Source: Octopus vulgaris (taxonomy: Eukaryota). From it: a stretch of DNA of 64,000 nucleotides. This document shows positions 1 to 12,994 of this stretch, piece by piece (the stretch's first letter is position 1; each line of letters starts with the position of its first letter). The stretch spans positions 9,610,001 through 9,674,000 of the forward strand of contig OX597825.1 of assembly GCA_951406725.2 (NCBI GenBank), read 5' to 3'. The notes under the pieces were generated by a model, which saw nothing but the letters and a program-made list of their open reading frames with translations, made no database searches and had not been told where the DNA came from. The translations under genes were made by a program, and so were the position numbers.

Positions 1-228
1 GCAGGTCTAGCCCCGACACTGAGAGCATCGACGGATGGATGAATGTACATCCACTCTCAGCGGTTGCGTAGGAAGTCGGGGATAAGAAACAGGAAGAAAG
101 AGTAAGAAAAAGTTGGGGGCAAAAGAGTACAACAGGGGTCGCCACCACCCACTGCCGGAGCCTCGTGGAGCTTTAAGTGTTTTCGCTGAATAAACACACA
201 CAACGCCCGGTCTGGGAATCGAAACCGC
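1..228 (-). mobile_element. tRNA-derived SINE fragment (head related to family C), cut by the window edge
   Basis: Minus strand reads gcGGTTTCGATTCCcagaccgggcgttgtg (B-box-like). The head resembles the copy at 62172-62401 (acatcgcccggtcaaggaatcgaaacc). Confidence 0.7.
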
Positions 229-932
229 ACAGTATTGCTGCTGTTTAGCAGGTGGTGTGTAAAAGATACATGACATATGAAGGCTGTCTACACTAATCTC
301 AGACCTCTACCTCCTTCCTCTATTCTTAGATAGAGCTTAGAAATTTCTAGTTGACATCAGGATTTGCAGGTCTAAATGTCTATGGAGTAGGTTTCATCTA
401 CAAACCAGCCAAGAAACCCAAATATTGGTATCAGCACTGATACTGCAAACACATTGTGGAATGTTGTCTTATCATAAAAGGAGAGCTCCGCATGATATAT
501 TTTTTCTAAGTCTCTTATAACATTCTCGGGTCACTATCTTTATTCACTACAACTCCGTATGATATACAGTAATCACTCGCCATATCGCAGTTAACCTATC
601 GCTCCCTCAGTGCATCGCAGATTTCTCTGGCAATCGTGAACTCCTCCGTGTATCGGGGGTTTCTGCGGTCGATAGGTATTTATATTTTTTCAGATTTTAA
701 TTATTTCTGTGGTAAAACAAGCAGTTTCACGCCTAAAAATTAATAAATTAATAAATAAAAATATAGTATAGCACTGCACTGTATAAGACATTAATTAAAA
801 TATATTAAAAGAAAATACGTAGTGTATTGAAGATGAGTAAACAAAGAACTGCACGTGCTGTATGGAAAACGAAACTCGGGAGCCGAGTGTGTGGTGGTGT
901 TTTGAATTTATAATAAAATAAATATATACAAA

Positions 933-1185
933 CTAGCTTAAGGTGACCCGCTCTACGCAAGGGTGAGTGTGTGGTTGTTACTTTCTGTTGCTTCTTTTCT
1001 GTTTCTTATCGCCACATTCTCCCTCTTTGTTTCTCTCTCCCTTCTCTCTTACTCTTCCTTTCTCTCGGTTGGTCAGGCAGGGCTGTGATAAAACGCATCT
1101 CAGCCGTGATTATCTCTCCTTCTTTTCAGACATACTCTCAGAATACATTATCCAGTATGTTCTTTCGCGTTCCGGTATAATATAG
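933..1185 (-). mobile_element. Possible degenerate Helitron-like element
   Basis: A|CTAG at 932-936 is followed by an accc...gggt GC-rich hairpin, resembling a Helitron 3' end on the minus strand. The other end is uncertain. Confidence 0.3.
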
Positions 1186-2639
1186 TTTGAGCAACATTTG
1201 ACTGCTATTTCAGATTGGTCAGGTCATCCTGGAGAGCTCCCTTTTATTTTAGCATCTTGCTAAAAACATTGCCTCTGTACAAGTTATATGTATGAGGAGT
1301 GGGGTAGGAAAGGGGAAATTAAAATCTCTGCAAATATTAATGGATTATTGAAACTATGACGAAATATTAAGCTTGGAGCAATGTAACCATGGAGACGTCA
1401 ACCAGAAATTGCAAGATTATGGAGTAATTGAAACGAAATTGTTCTATTAAGTTTGAACTTGTGTCCCTAAATTAATTAATTGCGGATACTGCCACTAATT
1501 TACGGTGTACCCTCAACAATCATTTAAACAGGGAGTAATATGAAATGGTTTGCCTCGGCCCTTCTCCCCTCTTTTAGTGCCTATCACAAGTCTTTCCATT
1601 CACAATTCTTTGTCAAAATCACTTTGAACCATTTTCAGCCAGGTCGTTTACAATATCCCTTTGTGTATTTTGTATTCTTATGACAAGAGACGAATAATTA
1701 GTTTGGTAACATTAAGTGATCCCGTTAATTCACTTGACCATGGTACCACTACGGCAGCTGTTTTACATTGAATCAAAAAATGTTTTGCATTCAGAAGCGG
1801 GGTCCGTCGAATTCGATCATTGCTTAGACACTTGATCCGTGATATTTCGGTGATTCACAGAAAGCATCCCATTTGTAAACGTTTCCAATATAATCAAATC
1901 ACTCTGTGAGAAGTTATGATTTCGCACCACGCGATAACAACGAAAAGCTATACAGATGATCGATAAATGCAGATTTTAATGTGTAATGAGACTTTCTGTT
2001 GTTTCAAAATCGAGCAATTAAGCAGAGTAGACCCTACTGTGTCAATCCTGTGTTTGATGTCTAATGATACCTGATTCTTTTAATAACATTTAAAATCAGT
2101 TGAAATCAACTCAGAAGAAATTAAAATATAAGCTTATTAATGTTATTTGTATTTATTTGCATCAAGATTAGTTAATTCGCCTCCTGTTGACTACTACTTA
2201 TCTCTTCAATATTTCAATAATGAAACGGAGTGTAAGGAAGCATGCATCATGCGAATCATGTAAATATTCCCCGATCCAAAGCTGTAAACGTACTTTGGAG
2301 TACTTAAATGCTATTTCAAGCTATTTAAGTGATACATGCAATAATACAAATTTTCACAGATTGGCAATGTAATTGCTTTAATATTATGGATGGGTTTTAT
2401 TTCTAGTTAATATCGATCATTTGTTCTGTGCAATAATTCATACGTCAATATTATACCTTTGAATTTATGGATATGTGTAGTGCCTATGCATTCATAACTT
2501 TGTAATGACAGTAATTATAATTTTATTGCCTGTGAACAATAAATGGTTGAATATCTGTTTGTACCGAATGTATGGCGAAAATTAATGATCATCTCAACAT
2601 GGCGGTTCTCGGAATAACGAGAGGGCGTCTTCCCTTTTG

Positions 2640-3070
2640 TTCGATATGCTAAAAAGTACCACCAAAATTTCCCTCAAAGCATTCTGTGTCGTCTTCATGT
2701 AGGATGCATTGGATAAGGTTGACGTCGTCAACTCAATCTGAATGAAAAACAGTGTAGGTACAGTTGAAATGCGTTTATTTGCTGGTCTTCTTAATAAAAC
2801 TAACGACTTTGAGCTAAACTGAAAACAACAACAATCACATGATGGTTCAAAATGCTAGAAGCAGTAGCTAAGTTTCACTTAAATCACATTATAATTTCTT
2901 TAAATTTTTTGGAAAAGGATATATTCGGTAATGTAGACCTAGAGACATTATGTCTGGAAAACAATATGTCTGGAAAACAATAAATGAGATGGTCACTCCT
3001 GAAGAACCATTGAACATAGACCCATTCAGTTAGTGACTTTGAGCTCACAAACAAGCAATAAAAATAACAA
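2640..3070 (+). repeat. Two tandem, highly diverged copies of an old SINE-like repeat
   Basis: Units at ~2645 and ~2852 share tgctaRaa..., gga-cattggataa-gt-gac..., and tgactttgagct plus a (caa)-like tail. A related copy lies at ~52560-52735, and antisense fragments (tttggctgctatttct) at ~31412 and ~37970. Confidence 0.5.
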
Positions 3071-3524
3071 TAATAATTACGCTGTCTTTATTAACACTGG
3101 ACATTTGTCGGTTGTCGATGGAAAATGATACTAAATATATTATCTACTATTGTCAAACAATATTAACCACTTTCCAGAGGTAGATAATTTCATGTGTGTG
3201 CATCGCAGTGAAGCCTATAAATTCTCGCATCTTTGGAGAAGTAGGGGAATCTACAATCTCCGACTCTTATTATTGGAACTATTACTACAAATCATTTTTC
3301 TGGTAATATTACACATTTTCCCTCGAGACTTGGCAGAGAAAAGTGTTGAAATGGTTCCGTTGCAAAAGATAATAGACAAATTCCACTTATGAAATGAGTT
3401 TCCATAACAATTTCATGTCAAGTGCACCAGTAAATATTTCATGTTTACGATGACGCTTATGTAGAGCAATCAAATCTTTTCTACTTGTGCACACAAACTT
3501 ATACATACATATATACATACATAC

Positions 3525-3562
<38 letters not shown>

Positions 3563-3594
3563 ATACACGCACATGTGTGTGGTGTATTCTTTTA

Positions 3595-3830
3595 TTTTCT
3601 CCCCTGTTTTAATCTTTGGACTGTTGCCATGTCTCGGCACTACCTTGGAAGGTTTAGCCGAAAAGAATCAAAACTAATTTATACTTCCAGCTGACACTTA
3701 TTCTGTCCATCACATTTTGCCGAATTGCTAAGTTTCGAGCACGTTAACCAACCAACACAGTCAGCAATCAGTTGGTGGGATGGAATACAAAAACACAAAC
3801 ACAGATACGTACATGTTTGCGTCTGTGTAT
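3595..3830 (-). mobile_element. Old, diverged SINE family A 3' half
   Basis: Degenerate matches to the family A tail (ggactgttgccatg, ttttgccgaattgctaagt). Confidence 0.55.
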
Positions 3831-3886
3831 GAATGTGTGAGTGTGTGTATCGCATGTATTAGTCATATATCTACTCATATATTTCA

Positions 3887-4279
3887 CTAGCAGTATCGCC
3901 CGGCGTTGCTCGGGTTTGTTTGGACCCTTTAGAATTGGAAGTTTTGGAAAAGTAAACAGTTTGTATTACGTAGCTTGTTATTCTATTTAAGTGAACATTT
4001 TTCTGATTGAAATACACCGAAAAATAGCGACACAGCAGTCAAAAAATCGTAAAAAAAAATAGGGATTTTTCATAGAAAAAAAGCACCTTTTTGATGTAAA
4101 TAATTTTTGGTGTTAACATGGTCCGATTTGAATTTTTTTCTTCTACGGAAGGAAGAGCAAGCCTTCTTCTATCATACTTTCAATTTTGGTCTCGCTGCAG
4201 GGTCTCGGAGGAGATAATGTTAGTTGAAGGCTACCGAACCTGCCATACACAGACAACTTCAGCTTTATATATAGAGAGA
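3887..4279 (-). mobile_element. Non-autonomous Helitron
   Basis: On the minus strand: A|TCtctctatatataaag 5' end, 3' hairpin cccgagcaacgccggg then atactgCTAG|T, inserted in an AT target with no TSD. The 3' end is shared with four other copies in the window. Confidence 0.85.
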
Positions 4280-4783
4280 TTTGTGAAATTATATGTGTAC
4301 GCGGAGGTCTGTGTATGTAATGTATTTGATTTATACGTCACAAATCACACCACAATTGTTGATTGTTAAAATGAAAACGGTTCTGAATTTATTCGAGTTT
4401 TGTTTAAAATTAGTGGTAAAAATGTCCGTTCAGTATTGTTTGCGTTATACTGTTCAGCCGTTCACTTCATTGTGTATCATCCAACGTTTTATGACTGTTT
4501 TTACTGCTTACATGTTTAACATATGTGCATGTTTCTTGAGTTTGTCGTATTTAATTCAGCTATTTCCTATGTATGTGTGTATACATCTGTATGTTGATAT
4601 GTTGTTAAAAGTGAATCACTTTCTTCCTACGTGCAGACCCGTTAGTAACTGTGTTGGCTATAAATATGATCGTTAAATATGTTTATAAACATATATAAAC
4701 ACATATACAAGACTGGAGAGGAAGAAAAACGGTTGGTCATTCCTCTAAACAATCATTTCTAATGAACTTTTGACAAAGCAAGA

Positions 4784-5200
4784 GGTGCAGGAGTGGCTGT
4801 GTGGTAAGTAGTTTGCTTACCAACCACATGGTTTCGGGTTCAGTCCCACTGCGTCGCATGTTGGGCAAGTGTCTTCTACTATAGCTTCGGGCCGACCAAT
4901 GCCTTCTGAGTAGATTTGGTAGAGTAGACGGAAACTGAAAGAAGCCCGTCGTATATATGTATATATATATATATATGTATATGTGTATGTTTGTGTGTCT
5001 GTGTTTGTCCCCCTAGCATTGCTTGCCAACCGATGCTGGTGTGTTTACGTCGCCGTCACATAGCGGTTCGGCAAAAGAGACCGATAGAATAAGTACGAGG
5101 CTTACAAAGAATAAGTCCTGGGGTCGATTTGCTCGACTAAAGGCGGTGCTCCAGCATGGCCACAGTCAAATGACTGAAACAAGTAAAAGAGAAAGAGAGT
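4784..5200 (+). mobile_element. tRNA-derived SINE family A, full length
   Basis: A-box-like TGGCTGTGTGG, B-box-like GGGTTCAGTCC, ttgggcaagtgtctt core, internal (TA)/(TG) microsatellite, gtaaaaga tail. Flanked by an aaagcaa direct repeat (4775-4781 and 5201-5207). Confidence 0.92.
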
Positions 5201-5589
5201 AAAGCAATATACGTGTTCTCCTAGCTAATACAGTCTACAAATTCTTTCTGTATATTTGCTTATAAACAGTTATGATTTCTGATGAACTTATAAACAATTA
5301 TGAACTTATTTTACTGCCTATTTTCAACACTTTTATGTAAATGTTTAGACACAAAGCCTCTCTTAACATTTTCTCATCATTGTCAAAGATTCTATTTCTT
5401 AACATTTTCTTATCGTTGTCAAAGACTCTATGGCTGTATTTTCATACATCTATGTTAACAACATTTTTAACACCAGAGGCTACACAAAGCCTTGCACTTT
5501 ACTGTTGAAAATATTTTTCAAACAAAATGAAACCGGTCAAGTCAATAAACATCTTTAAAAGACCTCTGCATTTTCAAATCCTCTTCCCA

Positions 5590-5638
<49 letters not shown>

Positions 5639-5879
5639 GCCGTTTATCCTAGACTAGAATACACATACATGTATTTTATTACCTTTAATATATACATAAT
5701 ATATAATATATACATTACCATAATATATACACATACATGTATTGTATTACCTTTAATATATACATTTGCACATACACACGACACACGCAAACCCATAAGT
5801 ATTAACTATATCTACCTATACATATATTTTCTTCTTCATGGGATATAAGCTATCAAATTACCTCATCAGCGTATTCAAA

Positions 5880-6145
5880 ATGTGCTCGAGGGTTTATGTT
5901 GTATACGAGGTGCACTGTAGTAAATATGGGACATCCTACATTAAGACTACCAACAGAAAATTATTGCACGTTCACATCAAGGAACAAATGTGCAAAGACA
6001 GTTCGATAAAAAAAAAAACACCTCCAAAAGTGTCAGCAGGATTTCTTAGTATCCATCAGAGCCACTGAACGCAATAGAGGCAATCTCAGAATCATGGAGG
6101 CCATCCTTATTAACAAACTGAGACCAGCTATAAACAACAGAAAAA
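5880..6145 (+). pseudogene. Penelope-like retroelement GIY-YIG endonuclease relic
   Basis: ORF 5838-6068 contains VVYEVHCSKYGTSYIKTTNRKLLHVHIKEQ (degenerate VVY-x-C-x-C-x-YIG-x-T-x-R...RIKEH). A downstream frame gives MEAILINKLRPAINNR, typical of the PLE C-terminus. Confidence 0.7.
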
Positions 6146-6207
6146 CGCTATGTGAAGCAGACTGGTTACAATAACAACACAAGTATGGATATGTGCCGTG
6201 TTATTTT

Positions 6208-6337
6208 TTTAACCCCGCCAAAGAGGTTATGTTTTGCCGGAGTTGGTTTGAGAAACTGGGTGATTTTCAGCGTGCGTGTATATGGGTGGAATTAACCGCT
6301 TGACGGAGATCTGCGCTCTCCGAGTGCTTTTCTAGTT
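6208..6337 (+). mobile_element. Helentron-associated non-autonomous element (HINE/DINE-like)
   Basis: T-rich flank, sub-terminal inverted repeats ccgccaaag / cttgacgg, 3' hairpin gcgctctccgagtgc, ending in ttttCTAG|tt. Confidence 0.65.
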
Positions 6338-6549
6338 TGTTTATGTATTTGCTTATTGAACGACATAACGAGCAGACTATATGAAAAATATGAACTATCC
6401 ACGTGACATTCTAATTGTCTTAAAATTTGTTGTAGAACAATCCAGAAGAATGTAATTTGAACCAGTTAAATAAACCCACAGCTTTTCTACCCGTAGCTAG
6501 TTACTCTGTTGCTCTGTTGCTACTCCTAAATATATATATATATATATAT

Positions 6550-6736
6550 CGCCATGATAGATCGGTAGCCACTACACACATATTTTTCCCTCCTTGTTTC
6601 TTTCTGTGTTCCTTTCAGTAGAAGAGCATAGGCTCGAAACGTAAAAGACTTTTTCTATTCCCGAGCTTTAAACTAATACATCTGTTTGTTGTCTACACCA
6701 CCTGTCTTCGTCTTTTGTTTTTTTCGTGAACTCTCC
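6550..6736 (+). mobile_element. PLE pLTR-like repeat (family H1) with a degenerate minimal hammerhead
   Basis: Homologous to 12995-13228 and 30426-30700 (both minus). Motif cttt-cagtagaa-gagc-atag-gctc-GAAA-cg-TA-aaag at 6612-6647. Embedded in (TA)n. Confidence 0.65.
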
Positions 6737-6738
6737 TC

Positions 6739-6795
<57 letters not shown>

Positions 6796-6803
<8 letters not shown>

Positions 6804-7258
6804 TTAGGGAATAAATCCAAACTTACAGGGAAAAATCAGATTTAGGATTGAACCCAATTTTATAGTAAAATATTATATTATATTAAATTAGAGATAAAAC
6901 CACCATTAGGCAAATCATACAATGAAAAATTTAAGCCAATACATAAGATTATTTAATTTATATTATTTAAATATATAACCAAATTATTAAAAAAATATAA
7001 TTAATATAACACTACGATCGTTTCATGGCTGTTAATTTCTTTAAATTTTCGAGTTACAGTCATTCATCAGGTGGTTTAAATATTTAACTTGGCGAGGTTT
7101 AATCATGAAACGATCGTAGTGTTGTATTAATTATATTTTTTTAATAATTTTGTTATATATTTAAATAATATAAATTAAATAATCTTATGTATTGGCTTAA
7201 GTTTTTCATTGTATGATTTGCCTAATAGTGATTTTATCTCTAATTTAATATAATATTT
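6796..7258 (-). mobile_element. AT-rich PLE pLTR-like element with an inverted duplication
   Basis: Near-identical inverted arms at ~6873-7027 and 7104-7256, a hammerhead on the minus strand, and (TA)n on both sides. Confidence 0.7.
7012..7074 (-). ncRNA. Hammerhead ribozyme motif (type I, minimal helix III, long helix II)
   Basis: Minus strand: ccac CTGATGA atgactgt...acagccat GAAA cga TC gtag. Helix II pairs 7 of 8 bp. Confidence 0.65.
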
Positions 7259-8636
7259 ATATATATATATATATATTTATATATAAATACTTTAGCTCTT
7301 TTTTCCAGCACTGAATGTGTTCTAACAACCTCTGTCGTATTCAATGACACTTATAGTTCTTTTTTTTTTGTGTGGGAGGGGGTAAATTGCTAAACAGTTG
7401 CTTAAATTATATATGTGTGTGTGTGTGTGTGCGTGTGTGTGTGTGTATGTACGTATCGTCGTTCACATTTTAATATGTGCATAAGTATATGAAGGTCCGG
7501 GTATGTGCGTTCGCAGATGTGAGTGGTGTCTGCGTATGTCGAAAAAGTAAACCGCTTACGTTTTTTGTTTTTAATTCCGATATAAGTTTGAGATTTCATT
7601 TTCGGATTTTCTCTCTTCTAAAATTGACACGTGTCACGTGAATAATTTATAATGAATACCTAATGGTAATACATCTCCTCTTGACATTTTGCTGTCTGGG
7701 AAAGTAGAATACGATAGAACAATGCACAGCGTAGAAATAATATTTATGCATGTGCCACAGGGTCGTATTACTGCTGTACTGAGAGAGCTAACGGTGTCAT
7801 TAATAATAAGTAGATCAAGCGACTCCACAGAAAGCAATCTGAACGTTTAACAATCGCCACATAATCTCACAAACACACATATATGAAACACTTGTGCATA
7901 AATCACACACATGAGTATACGTCTGCTGAAAGGGCGCTGTGTATAAGTAATTATTTATTTCAAGCAATAGTACGAGAAATAGATTCTGATACGTGACCTT
8001 TCGTGATTAATCAGCTCAAATTACTAAAGTGAGTGAGAAAGAAACAATGGAATATTTTGACATACAGACTCTTCAAGAAGGCAATAGAGTGAAACACACG
8101 CTCGCGCGAACACACGCACACGCACACCGCGCACGTACGTACACACACATAAACGCATAGATACGTACACATACGTATTCAAATATCTGTGTGTTGGTGT
8201 ATCTGAAACAGAATTGTTAAGGTGCGAATAAAGCGTCTTGGCATTTAAATGTCGTGTGGCGTCCTGAGGAAACATTTCTACAAAGTAACCAGCGCAGTGT
8301 TCCAACACCAGAAGCAGCATATGGAGGAAACATATAGACAAAGCTTTTAACGGTAAAGTGAGGTGCAACAGACCTTTGTTTAATCGAAGCACGCTTCACT
8401 GGGAATTTTAACCAATCATGAACAAGCGGAGTAAGCTCAATACACAGCCATGGATATAATGTTTCTCTGAATAGTGATCGAGATTGCTTATTATTCTGCT
8501 ATGCAGCATCATGTCAAGGATAGTGTAATCAAAATAACTTCACAACTCAGAATAAACGGCAGTAAGGTTCGATCTATAGTTATTTTATTTCATCTGAGCT
8601 CCTACAAATGAAACTGTCTACCTATTTGTAGATCTA

Positions 8637-9197
8637 TTAGGTTGTACGGAAAGTTCGTGCCGATTTTTAAAGGAAAGACAAAGGTCAATAAATACTTGCC
8701 ATTACATTTTTAATCAACCAAATGTGAACCATTTTGTTGCACAATGCGTCTCCATCCTTCCTTTAACTTGAAAATACCCTCTTCCCAGAATTGAGGTGGT
8801 TTCATGGCAAAGAATTCATCAAGGTATCTTTTTACCATCATCCAAGGAATTGACATTTTTACCATTAAGACTATTCTGCAGAGACCTGAATAAGTGGAAA
8901 TCCGAAGGAGCAACATCTGGTGAATATGGAGGGTGGTGTAACACATTCCAGCCGAGCTGCAGCAATTTTTGCCCGGCTCCCAAAGCATCAAGTGCCGAAA
9001 ATGAACTTTCTTATCTTCCATCTTAAAGGATTACAGAATTAACACAGGTTATAGGAACATAAACCTTCTTCCACGAAAAGATAGCTTAAACAGTGCTCTA
9101 AATGGAGGTGTAGTCAAATCCTATTTTATGGACTCAACCATGTTCTAAAATAAGTCGAAAGGTAAGCTACTATAAATCGGCATGAACTTTCCGGACA
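8637..9197 (-). mobile_element. Internally deleted mariner transposon
   Basis: TIRs tgtacggaaagttcgtgccgattt (8643-8666) and aaatcggcatgaactttccggaca (9174-9197), TA at the left end. The N-terminal MEDKKVHFRHLMLWE is joined to C-terminal HHPPYSPDVAPSDFHLFRSLQNSL and FWEEGIFKLKEGWRRIVQQNG, with frameshifts. Confidence 0.9.
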
Positions 9198-9199
9198 GT

Positions 9200-9414
9200 C
9201 AGTCCTTTATCGTAGTTCTCAGGGAGGTTCAGTGTGACACAGAATGTGACAAGACTGACCCCTTTGAATTACAAGCACTACTCATTTTTGTCAACTAGGT
9301 GGACGGGAGCAAGTAAAATAGTGTTTCACAAGGATACAATGCGTTGCCGGAATCGAACTCACACCTTACAATCGTGGGCCGACAACCCCTAACCACTAAG
9401 CCACACGCCTTCAC
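9200..9414 (-). mobile_element. tRNA-derived SINE family C
   Basis: Minus strand has A box TGGCTTAGTGG and B box GAGTTCGATTCC. It abuts and apparently truncates the right mariner TIR. Confidence 0.85.
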
Positions 9415-9787
9415 CATATCTCTGTATCGAAATATTTATATGTCTATCTACGAATCTAGCGACCTACACCTACATCGTCTGTTATGATGGTTAAACATTA
9501 AAACAAAATAACAATTAAACTGATATCTTTTTTTCTCTTTTTTCTGTCACATAATTCTGATACGTTGGATGGTGTGTAAGATCCTAACACTCAGCGTAAT
9601 GTCTCTTTCTCAAAACATTGACTAATCTCTCACAATCTCTTATAAAACTCTGACATATATATGATGGGATTCATTATATATTTTTTTTACCTGATTTACT
9701 AGTTAATATGACTCCCTCACAAAGCTACGCCACATTAAACTGCTAAGACGCTATACTTGCACAAGATCTATCAATATATATCTGTGT

Positions 9788-10156
9788 GAAGGCGGCGAGC
9801 TGGCAGAATCGTTAGCACGCTGGATGAAATGCTTAGCGGTAGTTCGTCTACCGTTACGTTGTGAGTTCAAATTCCGCCGAGGTCGACTTTGCCTTTCATC
9901 ATTTCAGGGTCGATGTAATCGACTTAATCCGTTTGTCTGACCTTGTTTGTCTCCTCTGTGTTTAGCCCATTGTGGGTAGTAAAGAAATTGGTATTTCGTC
10001 TGTCGTTACGTTATGAGTTCAAATTCCGCCGAGGTCGACTTTGCCTTTCATGCTTTCGGGGTCGATAAATTAATAAATCTAATCGTACTTGAATAAATCT
10101 AATCGATAGGCCCTCTTCTCAAAAATTTCGGGCCTTGAACCTAGAGTAGAAAGGAA
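9788..10156 (+). mobile_element. SINE family B composite (alpha-tail monomer plus partial beta-tail monomer)
   Basis: Head gaaggcggcgagctggcagaatcgttagc...gagttcaaattcc. The core gcctttcatc-tttc-gggtcgat occurs twice, with two different 3' tails. Confidence 0.9.
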
Positions 10157-10202
10157 TATATATCTGTGTGTAATCGTGCGTGTGTGTGTGTGTGTGTGTG
10201 TA

Positions 10203-10338
10203 CATCTACCAAATCCACTCACAAGGCTTTGGTAGTCCGAGACAATTAGAAAACATTTGGTCAAGATGCCACGCAGTGGGACTGAACCCCGAAACATGTG
10301 GTTGGAAAGCAATCTTTACTACTCAGCCATTCAGGCGC
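10203..10338 (-). mobile_element. SINE family A, 5' part
   Basis: Reverse complement of the family A head and core (caaatccactcacaaggctttgg...gtgggactgaacc). Confidence 0.85.
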
Positions 10339-10802
10339 TTATAAATGCATATATGTACATATATATGTATATGCATACCTACCTACCTACCTACCTTGCT
10401 TCCTTCCTTCCCCCCTTCCTTCCTACCTACCCACAACATTCCGAACAGTCTCCATCTGAGATTCTTTAAATGACTACAATTATCCACTCGGTTGTGTGCA
10501 TCTGAATGGACACATGTAGAAAGAAATACTGCACCAACATCCACGCTCATGCACACACATGCACACAAATGTCTAAGCACTAAAAGGACATGTGCACACA
10601 GAACAGAAATCCAAACGCTTACACCTATACATGATCACACACCAACTCAACCGCATATTTGCAAACCCGGCGAAATCTCTTCTCCCGAAAAGTCTTGTTA
10701 AAGACTTGTTCGAATTCCATTAAGAAGCACTTAAATAAATCAATAAATAAATTAAGGAACTTAAATAAATCTCAAACACAGTTGGTCGGTCGGACCCACA
10801 AA

Positions 10803-10993
10803 TTTTGGCACAAGGCCAGCAAGCTTGCGGGATTACTTCAATTTTTGTTCTCAGTTCTTATTTTGTCGACCCCGAAAGGATAAAAGGTAAAGTGGATCTC
10901 GGTAAAATTTGAACTGAGAACTTAAATGAAGATGCATGCAAAGACGCGAAGCATTTTGCCCGGCGCGTTAACGATTCTGCCAGTTCGCTGCCA
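10803..10993 (-). mobile_element. SINE family B (beta tail)
   Basis: tcgaccccgaaagga...aatttgaact...ttaacgattctgccag, the reverse complement of family B. Confidence 0.8.
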
Positions 10994-11106
10994 TACAATA
11001 AAGCGAAAATATGAAGCGGGCTTAACAGAAATCAATAAATTCAGATAAAACGAGAAGCCACTCTCTCAAATAAAGCCAGTTTGTACGTAAAAGGAAGACG
11101 TACATA

Positions 11107-11281
11107 TCTTTATATATAAAAGTGAAGTTGTGTGTCTGTCTCCTACGATTTAGATTCCTAACTACCCCACATTTTGCGGTGCAGAATATGAAGATGCATG
11201 CTATTTTTTGCTATAACTCTCTAAAAATACTTTATAGTTATTTCCCTTACAAATCTGAGCAACGCCGGGCGATACTGCTAG
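11107..11281 (+). mobile_element. Non-autonomous Helitron, short internally deleted copy
   Basis: A|TCtttatatataaaag...gagcaacgccgggcgatactgCTAG, directly joined to the next copy. Confidence 0.88.
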
Positions 11282-11677
11282 TCTTTATATATAAAAGTGA
11301 AGTTGTGTGTCTGTCTCCTACGATTTAGATTCCTAACTACCCCCACAATTTGCGGTGCAGTTTAAGCAAAACCGGGTATCTTATAGCCGTGATTCATATC
11401 GAGCCCGTCCGGGTATTAGCGCGCGTCTACGATGAGTCTACGATTTTAAAAATAATTTACCATCATTTATTTCCATTTTAATGCATTCTTTCGCTATTAT
11501 ATAAGGGAAGTAACTCTCTAAAAATGTCTACGATGAGTCAACGATTTAAAAAAAAATTTACCATCATTTTTTTTCCATTTTTAATGCATTTTTTTGCTAT
11601 TTTTTGGCTATAACTCTAAAAATGCTTATATAGTTATTTCCCTTACAAACCCGAGCAACGCCGGGCGATACTGCTAG
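11282..11677 (+). mobile_element. Non-autonomous Helitron, long copy
   Basis: TCtttatatataaaag...cccgagcaacgccgggcgatactgCTAG|T. Contains an internal duplication (gtctacgatgagtc...aatttaccatcatt occurs twice). Confidence 0.9.
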
Positions 11678-12209
11678 TAATTTATATATATTTCCTGCAG
11701 TTTCAAAAGTGTTTTAAGAAAATAAGCGCGATACCATTGCCATCTAGTGAAACAACGTTGTTATATTTATTGAAAGGGAGATGAGTTTATAGACGTAAGA
11801 GAAGCAGCCAAAATTTTCGATAAATTTGATATATACGTTCCGTGTGAAATAACTCGCTGAAGTTATCTCTGAGATATCTCTGGAATTAACGCCTATGCAT
11901 AAGATAAATACGAAATTATAACACCTGTTAGAGAACGTGTAGGGATACCAGTAACGAAGGAACACAACCAAGAAATCATCTTTTGTTACAATGGAATATT
12001 TTCCCCGTCCGTTGCACGTCACATACGATTGAGACAAACGAGTAATGTAAACAAAACTTATGATTTTCCAAAATTATTCTACGACCAAATTATTAAAATG
12101 ATAATTTTGGCGCCATGCAGGCTCCTAATTAATCGATAATTATTCTAAACGTGAAACAATATAAAGCATAATTATGTAGAAAGTTGATTAATGCATATTC
12201 GATAATGAT

Positions 12210-12241
<32 letters not shown>

Positions 12242-12282
12242 TACACATATATACACATATATATACACACATATATATATAT

Positions 12283-12337
<55 letters not shown>

Positions 12338-12486
12338 CATGCGACGAAAATAGCAGAAACACTGGTACCCATTCACATAATTTGTATATTTAGAGTACGT
12401 TTATGAATGGATCAATAAAGTGTGTATATGGCTATATTTATATACATACATATATAGGCGCACTTACATATATTCATACATACATG

Positions 12487-12570
<84 letters not shown>

Positions 12571-12816
12571 TATATAGCGAGGGAGGCACTTCCCATAAGA
12601 ATGAATCTGGGCATTTCAGTGTTCTAGCTTCGCTTCGTTCGTAAGGCTGTTGTCTACCCTATCAGTATGGATTAATGTGTGTTTTTTCGCATCTATAAGT
12701 GGTTTAACTGCTATTTCTAGCAATATATGTGCTTGTAGCACGCGCAATCAGAATTCGTGATGGCTAAATTTTGCCTAGGCGGTTTATATTGCGTCCAGTT
12801 GCCCACATTAAATATT

Positions 12817-12890
<74 letters not shown>

Positions 12891-12994
12891 TGTGTGTGTA
12901 TGTGTGATGCGCGCGTGTGTGTGTGTGTGTGTGTGTGTGTGTCAATGTGTATGTATAGTAGTAAATGTATATTTGTCTATATATATATATATGC

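Noticed and set aside
5361-5430. Short tandem duplications (36-bp unit here; others at ~2949 and ~38109)
   Set aside because: Ordinary two-copy slippage duplications with no repeat-spacer architecture; nothing CRISPR-like was seen in this eukaryotic window.
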